Source: Trichodelitschia bisporula
Lineage: Eukaryota
DNA: 64,000 nt
NCBI GenBank assembly: GCA_010356995.1
Contig: ML996696.1
Span: forward strand, 870,364-934,363
Direction of reading: 5' to 3'
Position 1 is the first letter of the stretch; each line of letters begins with the position of its first letter. Of this stretch, positions 38,774-50,686 are shown in pieces. The position numbers were made by a program, and so were the translations under genes. A model generated the notes under the pieces. The model saw only the letters and a list, made by a program, of their open reading frames with translations, was not told the DNA's origin and searched no databases.

Positions 38774-39706
38774 CTATGCAAACCGCACCGTCCTCCGCCC
38801 CGCAACCCCCTTCCCCACCCCCGAAAACTCCCCTCCTCCAACCGCCATCTTGCCCACTCCCCCGCGGCGCCGCAGCTCTGCACGCCGTTGCCTAGCCTCA
38901 CGCGCCTCACGGCTCTTCCAAGCCAGGATCTGTTCGCGCCGTTTCTGGAGGCGCGAATACGCCATCGCGGGCGTAGGCTTGAACCCGATGCCGTTAAGCC
39001 CGTATCCGTCATCGTCGGGGTCTTGTGCCAGATGGCCCGTGATCTCCTCGTCCTGCCAGGCCAGCGCCGAAGCATCCATTTCACCCGTCGATGATGGAAG
39101 CGGTGGTGACTTGGGCCGATGCGCCGAAGGTGAAGTTTTCCGTGGTGTCGAATCCGATCCAGTCGTATGTTCCTCCGCAAAATGCGCACTCTTCTTCGCC
39201 GGCGAGCCCTTGGCGTGAGGAATAAGAACCTCCACGACGGCCGCCTTTCCACCACGCTGCGCATCCATCCTCGCCGCATCTACCCTCCCCGCCTGGCCCT
39301 CCTTCACCTTGACCCTCTTCCCCTCCCGCCCCGCTCCCTCCCCAAACCTCAGCACCGGAACCGTGGGTCCCAGCGCCATCTGCTCAAACTGCGTCGCGAC
39401 CATACTTCGCGGCGAATTCGGGATCTTGCCGACTGGCACCGGGGGGGCCTCGCCGAAATCGCCCGCCTGAGTGCATGCGGGCCCCTCCCGTGCTGTAGGG
39501 CTAACCGAGTCCACGCTACAAGGGAGCGGGGCCCCTTCCAGCGCAGGGAGCGGCTCGACGACGATGGCAGGCGCGAAAGTGCTGTATTGCGCTTGGGGAG
39601 CGCTGTCCGCGCGCTTGCGTTTCGGGCTCTTCTTGCGCCAGTCCTGATTGCGATCGGCGTGGTGCGGGGGTGCAGGGTCGTCGTCTGGTTCCATGGCGTT
39701 AAACAC
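38774..39706 (-). CDS. Hypothetical fungal protein
   Basis: 310-aa ATG ORF with ordered C-terminal block WQDEEITGH..DDDGYGLNGIGFKPTPAMAY..KRREQILAWK. Confidence 0.75.
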   Translation of the reverse strand: MFNAMEPDDDPAPPHHADRNQDWRKKSPKRKRADSAPQAQYSTFAPAIVVEPLPALEGAPLPCSVDSVSPTAREGPACTQAGDFGEAPPVPVGKIPNSPRSMVATQFEQMALGPTVPVLRFGEGAGREGKRVKVKEGQAGRVDAARMDAQRGGKAAVVEVLIPHAKGSPAKKSAHFAEEHTTGSDSTPRKTSPSAHRPKSPPLPSSTGEMDASALAWQDEEITGHLAQDPDDDGYGLNGIGFKPTPAMAYSRLQKRREQILAWKSREAREARQRRAELRRRGGVGKMAVGGGEFSGVGKGVAGRRTVRFA

Positions 39707-40830
39707 GGTAGCGCGGAGTAGCAGCGGGGGGGGTATGGCGATGTTTTGCGGCGCGGGCGGTGATGGACGATGATCGCGGGGTTGTGAGGATGGCAGGTGA
39801 TGGGGATTGTCGTCGTCGGCCCCCGTTGGCGCGGGGTCAGATGCTGGCGCCTTGTGTCGTGGAGGACTGGAATTGGGGACTGTGATGGCGACGTGTGGGC
39901 TCGGGGAGGTGCCAAGGCCGGCGCGGGGGGGGGAGGTGCGGGGTTTGATTGGTGCCGTCGCGCGGGGGCGGCTGCGTGGTTGAAGGCTGAGAGTGGCGTT
40001 GCTGTTTTGTGGTGGGAGTTAGGTAATGTTGAATCTCTGCTGAGAGGTTTGTGTAGAAGATAGAGCCCAAGGAGATGTGGTTTTGATGGTAAACGTCTTT
40101 ATGCTTGTCGTTCGCCCGAAAGGAGGGTTTGGTTGAAGCCTGAAAGGGCCTGTATCACGGTCAGCAACCCCGCTTCGTCTCAAAAATGGAGAGACCGAGT
40201 GAGATGTTCCAGTCCCGAAGGAGCGGAACTGAGATTTGTATCTACCACAGTACCCTCGATTCACCCGGCCTGATCTCTGCTGTCCATGGCTGACTAGAAG
40301 GTCATTCTGGAGCTGCCAGTGGAAACACACGTAGAGCCCGAAAGGTTCCGGTTCTTTGACACCGAGATGGAACGCAATGAAGCATACTGTCGCTCAAGGC
40401 ACACGCAAAGGTAACGAGTGCAGAGTGAGAGCATTGTGAAAGTTGAAGAACAGAAGAGAGAGAGAGAGGATATTGGCGGGTCATGTCTAGATACGTTGAC
40501 CTCCAGGGCTCCTTCCCAGGGGACGACCAGTCCCTTCCCAAAGGCATGGCTTTTCCTTCCCTGTGTGTACCTGCACCAGAGCGAGGCATGTCACTCTCGC
40601 AATGAGTTCGGAGAGACCAAAAGGCCAACGATTATCTGACCATATGGTTATATAGACACGAACATGAAGCAGAGAGAAGCTTGATACGGAACATACAAGT
40701 CTACCGCGAACCCCAAAGCAAACCCAATCCAGCTCTTGCCAGATAGCACACATTACCTTTCATAACATCATCTCCAAAAATGCAATCAGCCAGTCTATCC
40801 CATCAAATCCCCCCGTCGCCCACATGATCC

Positions 40831-42429
40831 TCAAATATCAAGCATACTCCTCCTTTTCCCCCCCTCCGTCAAAGTCTGCCCCGTCAATCCCGTCCCCGCA
40901 CTCCCCGTCCTCCCACCAAGCCCGGGCCTCACCACCCCCTCATACGCCGGCGGATCCTCAAACGGATCCCCCACATCCCGCGGACGACTCCGACTACGAT
41001 CCCTCAACCCGCTTATATTCTCCAACTCCACCGCGTCCGTAACACCCCTATTCTCCTCCCTCGACTGCCTTGGTGGCACCTCCTCCACCATCGCACGCAA
41101 CCGCTCATCCGGCGTCATGGCATGCTTATAATTCCCATTCATCTTGCTCCACCAATTGGGCTTGTACTTAATCCCGAGCTCAGCGTCAAACGTGCGGCCC
41201 CGCTCGCGCCGCTGCTTGATGATGATTCTGTCTTCGTTGTCGTCGATGAAGCCGAAGATGTTGAAGATGATGAAGATGAGGAGCACGGGCGCGTAGCCTA
41301 GACCGTACGGCCACCCCGGGGCGACTTCCATGTTCAGCAGGTTGATGTCCCACACCCAGGCGCTAGCCAGGGCGTACGCGACGCGAATACCCGACACCAT
41401 GATGCCGAGGAAAAGCTTCGTCGGGCAGTGCTTGAGAAAGTTATCGAAGCTAGACCAAAGCCCACGTTGATGGGGCCGGTAGTAATGCATGCTGAGCTGC
41501 AGGCTGTAGACGATGATGCCCCAAGCGATGGTGGCGAAGATGGCGCCGACTTTAAAGCGTGCGTCTGTGGCGGCGGGTTCGGCAATCGCGGCGGTTTGTT
41601 CGGGGGAGCGTTGTTTTTGGATCGCGGTCCAAGAGCGGGGGATCACCATGAAGAAGTTCTGCGGGGGTGAGATGGGGTGAGATGGGAGTAGAGAGAGGGA
41701 CTGACCAGCCAGTTGAAGAAGTAGAATACGAGAGGAAGGTAGAATTCGTACTTGCTCCGTGTGTCGTCTTGACGCAGAGTGTAGGGATCGCGGTCTACGA
41801 TCTGGCGTTCTTGCCATGATCCCCTAGGATGGTGAGCTATAGTCGCAATCTTGGAGATGCAGGACTTACCAATGCCTCGTCCCCTCCCACACAGCCCCGA
41901 GCAGTCCGTTCAACGTCAACATAAAGAAGAAGCTCTGGAGGATGATGGGAAGCTCCGGAAGATAGTCCCGATCGACATCCACGCTCGTAAAGCAGCTGAT
42001 GATCCCACACGTCGCCGCAAAGAGCATCCAATACCACTGCCATCTCCTCCCCACAATCCGGAACCTCTTATCCTCCTGCAAAAACTGCTGCCCATGCTTC
42101 TTCAGGTTCATAAGCGTAAACATGATAGAAATACCAAACAACGCGCCAAACGCAACGCCCAGAGAGCCCCGCTGCTTGATGCCGAAAACGGGGACATAGC
42201 ACGTCGTGGCGTTGACCCACGACCCGTTGGACATAAACACAGGCTTGTACTGGTCGAAAATGATGTAGCATTTCGAGTTGTTGGAGATGGTGTTGTTGCT
42301 GTACAGCGTGTAGTTCCAGTAATTCAGCGCCGTCTTGTTGAAGTGCACGCCGTTGATGATGGAGTCCGTGGCATTGCCGGCGTCACCGCCCGGGAAGGGA
42401 ACCAGACCGCGGAGATCGAGGAGAGGCAT
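40831..42429 (-). CDS. Multi-pass membrane protein, DUF2434-like; two introns near 41826-41869 and 41659-41706
   Basis: NGVHFN..WNYTLYSN, RRWQWYW, DVDRDYL, WEGTRHW|GSWQERQ and several hydrophobic helices; family name from recall. Confidence 0.75.
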
Positions 42430-42907
42430 GATGGCGAGAAAAGAATAGGTGTTGAAGATATCAAGGCGTGCCTCCTCGCGCACTCGTCACTTGCGGAAGT
42501 CGTCCAGTTCTCGGGCCAGAGACGATGATGACGGCGTTCCACACAGCCTTTCGCAGCCCAGCTCTTCAGTCCCAACACAAACAGTAAGCAGTTCAAATCG
42601 CCTTAATCAACCCAGACAAACGCGCAACACCTTCAAACCCCGTCTTCGCTCGGATTCAAGTAGTTAACGAGAAAAAAAAACCTCGCCAAGTCGACGCGCG
42701 CAAATCGTCCTCACTGCGCGACTTTCGACGTCGATCCGCGCGCAGCCGGGCGGCCCTCCAAATCGTGATTTGGCGGCGGGCGGGGCAGGCAGGGCAGCCG
42801 GGAACACGCTTTCGGGCTAGTAACGAGAAACGCTTGGATACCAAGGACGACGAGAGCGCGGCGCTGATCAACTACAAGCCATGGCAAGCCGGATGAGTCG
42901 AATCTGC

Positions 42908-42967
42908 GGAGGAGAGGAATGGAGGAGAGGAATGGAGGACAGGAATGGAGGACAGGAATGGAGGAGA
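42908..42967. repeat. 13-bp tandem repeat GGAGGA(G/C)AGGAAT, about 4.6 copies
   Basis: Units start at 42908, 42921, 42934, 42947 and 42960 (partial). Confidence 0.9.
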
Positions 42968-43919
42968 AATCACCCGGCCAAAGACGAGATACCGTAGTAT
43001 TTGCTGATGCCGCGGGTTCCGGCCCGTTGAATGGCGTTGCGTGCAGCCATGCTGACGCATGGTCGGCGCGGGCGGCACAACGGCCGAGTGTGGTTGGCAG
43101 GGCCAACGTCGTATGAACGAGGGACTTGGCTGACTGTTGTTGCGGCCATGTGGATCTTCGTCCATGCTTCTCGGGAGTTTTAGCTTTCGAGATATCGTGT
43201 CTATGTCTCCGATTCCGAGTGGACGGGGGCTACATCCGTATTTTCACGACGGCTACAAGCCTCTTAAGCGCGCATATCGCCATTGAAAGATCATCTGCAT
43301 CGCAACTACCTACAAGCGACACCTATTCGCCGCACCCTCGTCAGTCATCCATAGCAACCACCGGTAAGACGCACACAAGCAGTAGTCTCACGGCAACTGC
43401 TCCTAGATGCCGTTCCAAGCACACGTTCGCCTCCCATATCCATCGTCCCCTAGCCACCGACCATTCCCCGACTCTTGCCTCTTACCATCCCGTCAGCGAT
43501 TCCATAAAGACGAAAGCACGCACTCACAAACGCCCTACTTCCCATTAACATCCCCCACATACGCCCCTATTACAGTTTCACACCCGCCGCGCGCTGATCG
43601 CAAAAGACATACGCACCTCACTGTACTCAGAAAGCGTCCGAACACGCAGCATGTTTTTTGGCATCGAGTTAGGAAAAACAACATTCAGAAACACTCCCCC
43701 CCTCCCGACCCCCAATACCATCACACATCCCAGCCAGACACAACCCTACATGGAAAAAGCGCGAAAGATAAACACCCCGTTACACGCAATAGAAGAGAGG
43801 AAACCCAGTTCATGTGTCACTTCACTTCACTAAAAAAGCGATCGGCTACTCCAAGAGCAACAATCAACACACAACACGCCGACAAACCTATGCTCTCAGA
43901 CCCCACCATAAACGCCTTC

Positions 43920-46268
43920 TCATGACCTCCGCTCCTTCTGCGGCCCAAAATTCGCTTCTGTCGGCTTGTCCTTCCGTGGCTTGACAGAGAACTCCGAAAG
44001 CAGCGCAAGATGGTCGCTCGGGAAGTGGTAATTAGGGAATCCAGGCACCCGCTGCAGGTACTCTCCGTCCACCTCGCCCAGCAATCCCCGCACTTGCAAC
44101 GTATTGGTCGAGTAGAAGATGTAGTCGAGCACACCGGAGAAGCCCGGCGTGTAGTTGGTGAATTGGAGCTCGTTGATATGGGAGTAGCTCGATTTGAGGG
44201 CGAACGGATGCTTCATGCCGTCTCGAGTGAAGAGGCCGTACTTGAACTCGCCCAGATCCTGGTGGTGGTTCTCGAGCGAGCCTTGCGTGATGAGGTTGTA
44301 GATACCGGATCCAGGCGTCGAGTTGAAATCACCGCAGACGATCATGGGGATCGACGGCGCATCGGTGTAGTCGAGGGAAGGTACCGGTCCCCGCACAACC
44401 TCTTCCGCATCATCTCCATCTTCCTTGTCACCATTGGAATAGCGGAAGAGCACCTTGTCCTTCTCTGGGACCGCAGGCCAATTGGCATACTTTTGCGCGA
44501 TTTTGCTGATCTGTTCCATCATGATAGCCACCTGTACGAGCTTGACGTCCTTGTACGCCTCGTCCCAGAACGTGTGGGTGTTGGACACAATGAGCCGGGA
44601 GCCGGTGAGGCGGTTCTCGAAGAAGGAAACAACGGCAATGTTATCCCTAGTCATGATGCGGTTGAAGACATCGTGTTCTCCCTTCATGTCCGGGCGAGTG
44701 ATGGCAGTGCCAGCAAAATCGATGAGCTGCTTGTCGAGCAAGACGAATCTGAGCTATTAGTAAAACCCCAAAAGAGAGCGCGGGCTACGTACTTGCTGTT
44801 CTTGTAGAACGTGGCACAACCATCGACCCACCGAGCCTGAGACTCGACCATGGTCCGGCTGCGCGTGCGCGGCCAGAAGACGCCCTTGTAGTCGTTGTGC
44901 GCCAACGCCTCGCGCAGAAAGTTGTTGTAGCAGTCTTGGTCAACCTCCTGCAGGCAGATGATGTCGGCATCGTGGGAGCGGAGCTCCTTGAGAATGACCT
45001 CTCTCCGTTGTTCCCACACAAGGGCCGCCGTGGGCGTGTATCCGTACTGGGAAGGTGTAGCTGCCTTGTCGCACAGGATGTTGTAGCTCAAGACCGTGAA
45101 CTTTTCAGCATCTGGCGTTTCTGACTCGTCGACAATGACCCAATCGCGCTCGTTGGGAGGGCCGAAAACTGGATGATATTAGCACCCGCGAGATGGTCCG
45201 TAGCATTGACCTACCTGGTGCATTCTCCCTCAAGTATTTCACGAGCGCGCTCGTACCCTCCTCCTTGATGATGGATAGCAGGTCTTCGTTAAGCGGGTTC
45301 CCAACTATGCCCAGAGTGTTCAGTTGGTAGAGGTTCCCCAACTCGAAGGGAAGGGTCTCGATGTGGTTGTCATAGAGCAGAAGCTCTTTAAGGTTAACCA
45401 GCATGCCGATCTCCGCGGGGAGCTCTGATATGTTGTTGATGGACAGGTTCAGTACGGTCAAGGCCTTCAGTTTCCGGATAATGGGAGGCACTGAGGTGAG
45501 ACGGTTATTGTTCAGGTACAGGTGCGTCAGGAAAGTGTAGTTGAACAGAGTTGGCGCGATGGTCTTGAGGGCCGAGCCGCCCATGTCCAATTCCGACCAG
45601 ACGAGATGGTCATCCGTGCTGACTGCGTGGCCTATCCTGCTGCGTTCCTCCTTTTCGGGCTCCTTGACACCATTCGACCCTGCGATCACATTCTTGGTCA
45701 CTCTCGAAGAATTGCGAGCATGCGGATGGGCTGTAGTCATCTCACGCTCTTGCTGGGCCTGCTGGATCTGCTTCGCCCAGTGCTCCGTCACCGGCTTTGA
45801 CGACTCTATGTACGCGTTCGTCGTCGTCCCGTTTTGAATCTGGGTGGAAGTGAAGTGGGACGCTCCGCTTGTCAGGTTTCCACCAGAGTGATTGTGCTGG
45901 TGGTGACTGTAGTTGGCCGTATGCGTGGCATGCGCCGTGTGCTCCTGCTGATGCTGGTGCTGGTGGGCATGCTGCAGGTGAGTCTGATGCTGGAATGGCT
46001 TCGCCGCCATCTGCACTCTGTACTGATGGTGGCTAGCCCCGTTGAGGATCGCATGCTGGCCTTGCGTATGAGACTGGTTGTACATGTTGTACGCTGGCGA
46101 CTGCGCGCCCGGTGAGCGTGAAGGTGAGGGCGTGTCTGCAGAAAAAGGGTTCCTTCCGGCGGAAGTTGGTGATTGTGGGCGCTGTTGCAAGTGGCGGGTA
46201 TGGTGCGAATATGGTTGAAAGTAGTGTTGACCGGCTCCTTGTTGGAACCGGTAGTGACCATCGGCCAT
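43920..46268 (-). CDS. CCR4: Ccr4 deadenylase (LRR + EEP nuclease); introns 45169-45214, 44749-44792
   Basis: LRRs (LTHLYLNNNRLT..), SYNILCD, CLQEVD, CGDFNS, TNYTPGF..LDYIFY, FPSDH. Confidence 0.96.
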
Positions 46269-48606
46269 CTAATACGACTGCAAAGGGAACGTTTGAGCCG
46301 GGTTTTTGACTGGTAGGCCAGGAAGCGCGAATCTAAGAGATAATGTCTAGGTAGTGGGGAACGTTCGAATCCGAAGTCTTCTCCGCCGCAACATGGATGT
46401 ATTGCCAGCCGTCCGTGTTTTGGGTCCTGAAGACTGGCCGCAAACCCGCGCGTGCTCCGGACGAGGCTAGCAATGCGCCCCCACTGTTGAATATCTGCCA
46501 ACCGGACTCGACGGGAACAAGACAGAGGCGCGTGGTGTTTATCCGGCAGCTTGTGGGTACGAGATGGTTTGAGATGCGATTCGAGATAGCGCGGGGACGT
46601 GGACGGAAGCGTTTGCGTGCGACGAACGACGGAATTCTCGCGCTCAAAAGGAAGCGATCCGGTTGGTCTGGCAATAAAGAAGGAAAGAATAACTAGAGAG
46701 AATGAAGCGTCAGCTATGCTCGTAGGCATTCTTCCAAGTGGTGGGCAGAGAAGGGCTTTTAACCGTGCTAAATGCGCCACGGCGGACAGTCAAGAGGTAT
46801 CTACGGCCACGCGCAAAAGCGAAGAGCGTAGCAGGCAACACTCTCGATAGAGAGTGAAGGAGTACCAGAGATACGGGCGGTAGGAACAGACTGATGGCCC
46901 TGGGATGGGAAGGTGTAGTGGGGAGCAAGAGAGAACAACGTACAATTGACGCGGGGGCGAGAGTCGATTCTCGGGACCGCAAGGAGTTTGTGGTTTGGAT
47001 ACCGGGCGGCGAGAGTTGGCGTGTTGGTAGGGACGAGGATAGGTGTTCGATGAGGGCTTCTAGGAGTCGAGAACCGGACATTCAACGACGTTGCGGCGTT
47101 TGCATGAAGAGCGAGAGAGGGAGGGTTGCTTGGAGTTCACGTGATCCTTTTCCCAGAGATCTGGAGTCCACGACGAAACCTGCCAAGCCGTCCAAGGATC
47201 TCTGCTGTGACGCGCGACTTGGGCAGCACGACAACAACCTCGAAGACTCTTTGTTTGTAGATCTGGTCCATTCACCAGGTGCACTTGAATTGATTGCGCT
47301 TGGTTGTTGACATTCGTTTGCCCTCTTCACTGTATCTTTTGCTACTTCCCTTGCTGGCAGAAACCCAGCAGTGTGTCTGTTCTCCTGTCTTCAGCGTCAG
47401 GTGTTTCGCTGTCCTACTACGTATTCAAAGACTACGGACTAGAACTAGTGACGTTGCAGGTCTAGTTTTAGTCCATGATCCATGACTTGGGAGCACAAGA
47501 CACAGCTGCCATCAGACGTTCCATTCACATCACGACGATGTAAATCACTGCGAGCGAATGCGGTGACACTCGATTAATTCCCGTCCAGACCGCTGTTCTT
47601 GCTTGAGATCCAACAAAGCTGCGTACATGATATCAAGGGCCAAGTAGAGGGAAGTTCCATTCGATTCCAGCCCCATTCTGTCTCGTTCTCCGACACACAG
47701 CTACGGATGTACATAATCCCATGTCTCCCATCCACTACCCGTACTGGTCATTCCCAACCTCTCGAAAACTGACTCCAGCTTTGATCGGAACAATTATGAT
47801 CCGGAGGGGTAGGCCTCCATGAAGTGGGGGGTTGTCCAAAGCTTAGGATTGAAGGAGCCGGGAAGGCGAGGACCTTCACCTGCCAGATATCGCCGAACGA
47901 TGCGTTGTGACCGACCAACATCACTGCTGACACTCAAAGCATGCCATAGGGCATCTTTGGACACCAATGGCAGCTTCAAACCGTCTTAACAAGTCCATTA
48001 TACAACCAGGAATTAGATATCAAAACTCACAACCCCTGCCCAGCAGGCATCCAGCTTCCCTTTACAGAGAGAGGGTGGATAAAATTGTCCCAAGGCTTCG
48101 GGGACGGCCTGGCCCATCATCAGAAAATAGATATCTACTGTGGATGGAAGCAGCTGTAAACAGTTCCTGGATTCTGGTCCCTCGGCTGGTTTTGTTGTGT
48201 CATTCTTTCAGATGCGAAGCGGATGAACGGGCAGGATCCCCCTTGACAGCCTCACGCCATGGCCAGCGGGGTTCAGGGGACGTGCGGCGGAGAGTTGTCA
48301 ACACCTAACTTGCCCTCCCCTGAAGGCCTCCCCCGCGGTAGTAATCCCCCAGTAAGCGGGGTTTTAATCAAGCCGTCGACCATCCATGATCATAATAGCG
48401 AGGCCTTAAGACCGCTCGCGATGCTTGCCCGCGGTCCTGAGCGTCATCCGCGATGTTCAAACATCCAACCTCTGCTACTCGTTATCCGTTCCCAAACAGC
48501 CGGTTTTGCGTGGCTCAGCGCCTGAAACAAGCAAATCCACCGGGGCGCTCATCCAGGCGCTGTCCTAAACAGCGCTAATGACCGGTCCGCCCCTCTGGCA
48601 TGCAGA

Positions 48607-49968
48607 ATGCTGCAAATGAGCGATTGGATGGTTTATCGCAACCGCGGGGGTCCAGACACCAGATATTCGAGCCGCTCGCAGTCCATCGACGAGACACGCC
48701 CACCTGTTCATCAATGGACTCATCTGCGGAGTAGCCGCTCGCGCCCCAAATCAACCGACTCTAGCCACCATGTCAGCAGTCTCTCCGCATCCATGGACAT
48801 CGCAAGAGGCAACGCTGCCTCCGTATCGAACTCTTCCACCTCCAGCGTTAACAACACCGACAAGGACGACGCTGTAAACCCGTTGGTGCTCCGCCACGGC
48901 CGCCGCTATCTCCGCGACTTGTCGTACCCGCTCCCGTGCGATCTCCCCGAGCTACACCGGCAGAATCTGCACACGCTACTGGCGACGGAGGTTTTCGGCA
49001 AGGCCCTGTGCTCGCCGTTCGTTAAGAAACGCCCGCCGAAGAATGTGCTCGAGATCGGCTGTGGCACCGGGTTCTGGTCGTCGCTGTGCCACGACTACCT
49101 AACCGATCTCGGCGTCCTCAATGTCTCGTTCACAGGCCTCGACATCGTTCGCCTCGCACCGGATCTCGAGAAACAGGGCATCAACTGGAAGTTCGTGCAG
49201 CACGACATCCGCCGCCTTCCGCTGCCATTCGACGATGAGGAGTTCGACCTGGTACTACTCAAGGACCTGAGTCTCGTCGTGCACTCGGGCGCCGCGACAG
49301 AGCGACTCCTGGACGACGCCATCCGGGTGCTGCGCCATGACGGGGTCGTCGAGATCTGGGAAACAGACCACATCATCCGCTCCTTGCAGCCGTACCCCCC
49401 GACCGCAGCCTCGCTGATCAAGCGGCCAGAGGAGCAAGCCCGTGCGCTCGAGACGGGCACCTTCATCGTATCGCCCGCAACGCCCTTCTCCAAAGCCCAA
49501 AACAAGTACCTGGGCGACTTCAACACGTGGATCCAGGAAGCCTGCGATAGGCGGAAGCTGTCCCCCGTGCCATGCGCCAATGTCCAGCCGATGCTGATCC
49601 AAGAGACGGACTCGCTGTGCGATATCGGGTTCCGCCGCGTCGCGATTCCGTTTGGCGAGATGAAGTGGGAGCGGCACGATCCGAAGCGGCGCAGGGCGGC
49701 AGCGGCGGAGAAGGGGAAAGGGAAGAGCCTGGCTGAGCCTGACGATTCGGTTCTGAGCGAGGAGCAGGCTAGTCTGAGGACGACGGCGCTGCTGGTCGTA
49801 GTGCAGCTGATTGAGAGTCTGGAGCCGGTGCTCAAAGAGGTGAGCAGCAAGAATCAGGAGGAGTGGCAGCGGTGGTGGGCGTGGATGATGGCGGACCTGT
49901 TCGAACAGGGCGGGGCGGAGATGGGGGATTGCTTGGAACTCGGGGCGTATTGGGCGCGGAAAATATGA
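48607..49968 (+). CDS. Class I SAM-dependent methyltransferase-domain protein
   Basis: HGRRY..YPLPCD..E..R, VLEIGCGTGFW, GLDI, LPFDDEEFDLV; start codon uncertain. Confidence 0.85.
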   Translation: MLQMSDWMVYRNRGGPDTRYSSRSQSIDETRPPVHQWTHLRSSRSRPKSTDSSHHVSSLSASMDIARGNAASVSNSSTSSVNNTDKDDAVNPLVLRHGRRYLRDLSYPLPCDLPELHRQNLHTLLATEVFGKALCSPFVKKRPPKNVLEIGCGTGFWSSLCHDYLTDLGVLNVSFTGLDIVRLAPDLEKQGINWKFVQHDIRRLPLPFDDEEFDLVLLKDLSLVVHSGAATERLLDDAIRVLRHDGVVEIWETDHIIRSLQPYPPTAASLIKRPEEQARALETGTFIVSPATPFSKAQNKYLGDFNTWIQEACDRRKLSPVPCANVQPMLIQETDSLCDIGFRRVAIPFGEMKWERHDPKRRRAAAAEKGKGKSLAEPDDSVLSEEQASLRTTALLVVVQLIESLEPVLKEVSSKNQEEWQRWWAWMMADLFEQGGAEMGDCLELGAYWARKI

Positions 49969-50686
49969 GATGGTTCAGAAGGACGGACTGGACTCGGCTG
50001 GGTTCTGGATGTTGGGATTCGGGTTACACGGCGCTCATGAGGATCTTTGTACGACGGTGATGACTCGGGTTTCGTTTGACTGTTAGATCGACGGCTTTTG
50101 GGATCTGGTTCCTTTACTTAGCTCGGGCGAGTGGCTGCCTTGGTAGGCTTGTGATGCTGTGTCGTCGTTTGGCTAGTTGCTAGAGGCTGCTGCCGGACCT
50201 CATCTCACAGTTGCACTTCAATTGATAGAGTTACATCTTGCCATGTCGAAACCGAACCAAGCTACAAGTCCACACCGCCCAGCTTTATCAATGATTCGAA
50301 GACATGATACGTCATCGCGATGTGCCTGCGACTCAGTAGCGTCTCGCGCCCCGCGATCCTCTCACGCCCTCTCTCCCCGCCCTCAACCTCCACGACAGCA
50401 GCCAGCCTCTGAAGCATGCCATTCCCTAACCAAACCGTCATCCCAACGCTCTCACCACCTCACAATTCCATTTTCACTCCGAACTCTCAATTGCTCAATC
50501 ACAAACCCCTCCATTCCCCCACCAGCCTCGCCAAGCACCGAGATCGCCCACGCAGCACGCTAACCACATCTCAACGCCCTCCGCTTACCTGCTCTCCGCG
50601 CTCGCTCACCTCGGCATCTGCGCATGATGTACTACTCTTTATAGTCCAGCACCCACCTTACGCGCTCGCACTGAAACACAACGGCA

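Noticed and set aside
45872..46780. 302-aa ORF overlapping the CCR4 start, and the many antisense ORFs in the track
   Set aside because: No recognisable motifs; explained by high GC content and shadow frames of real genes
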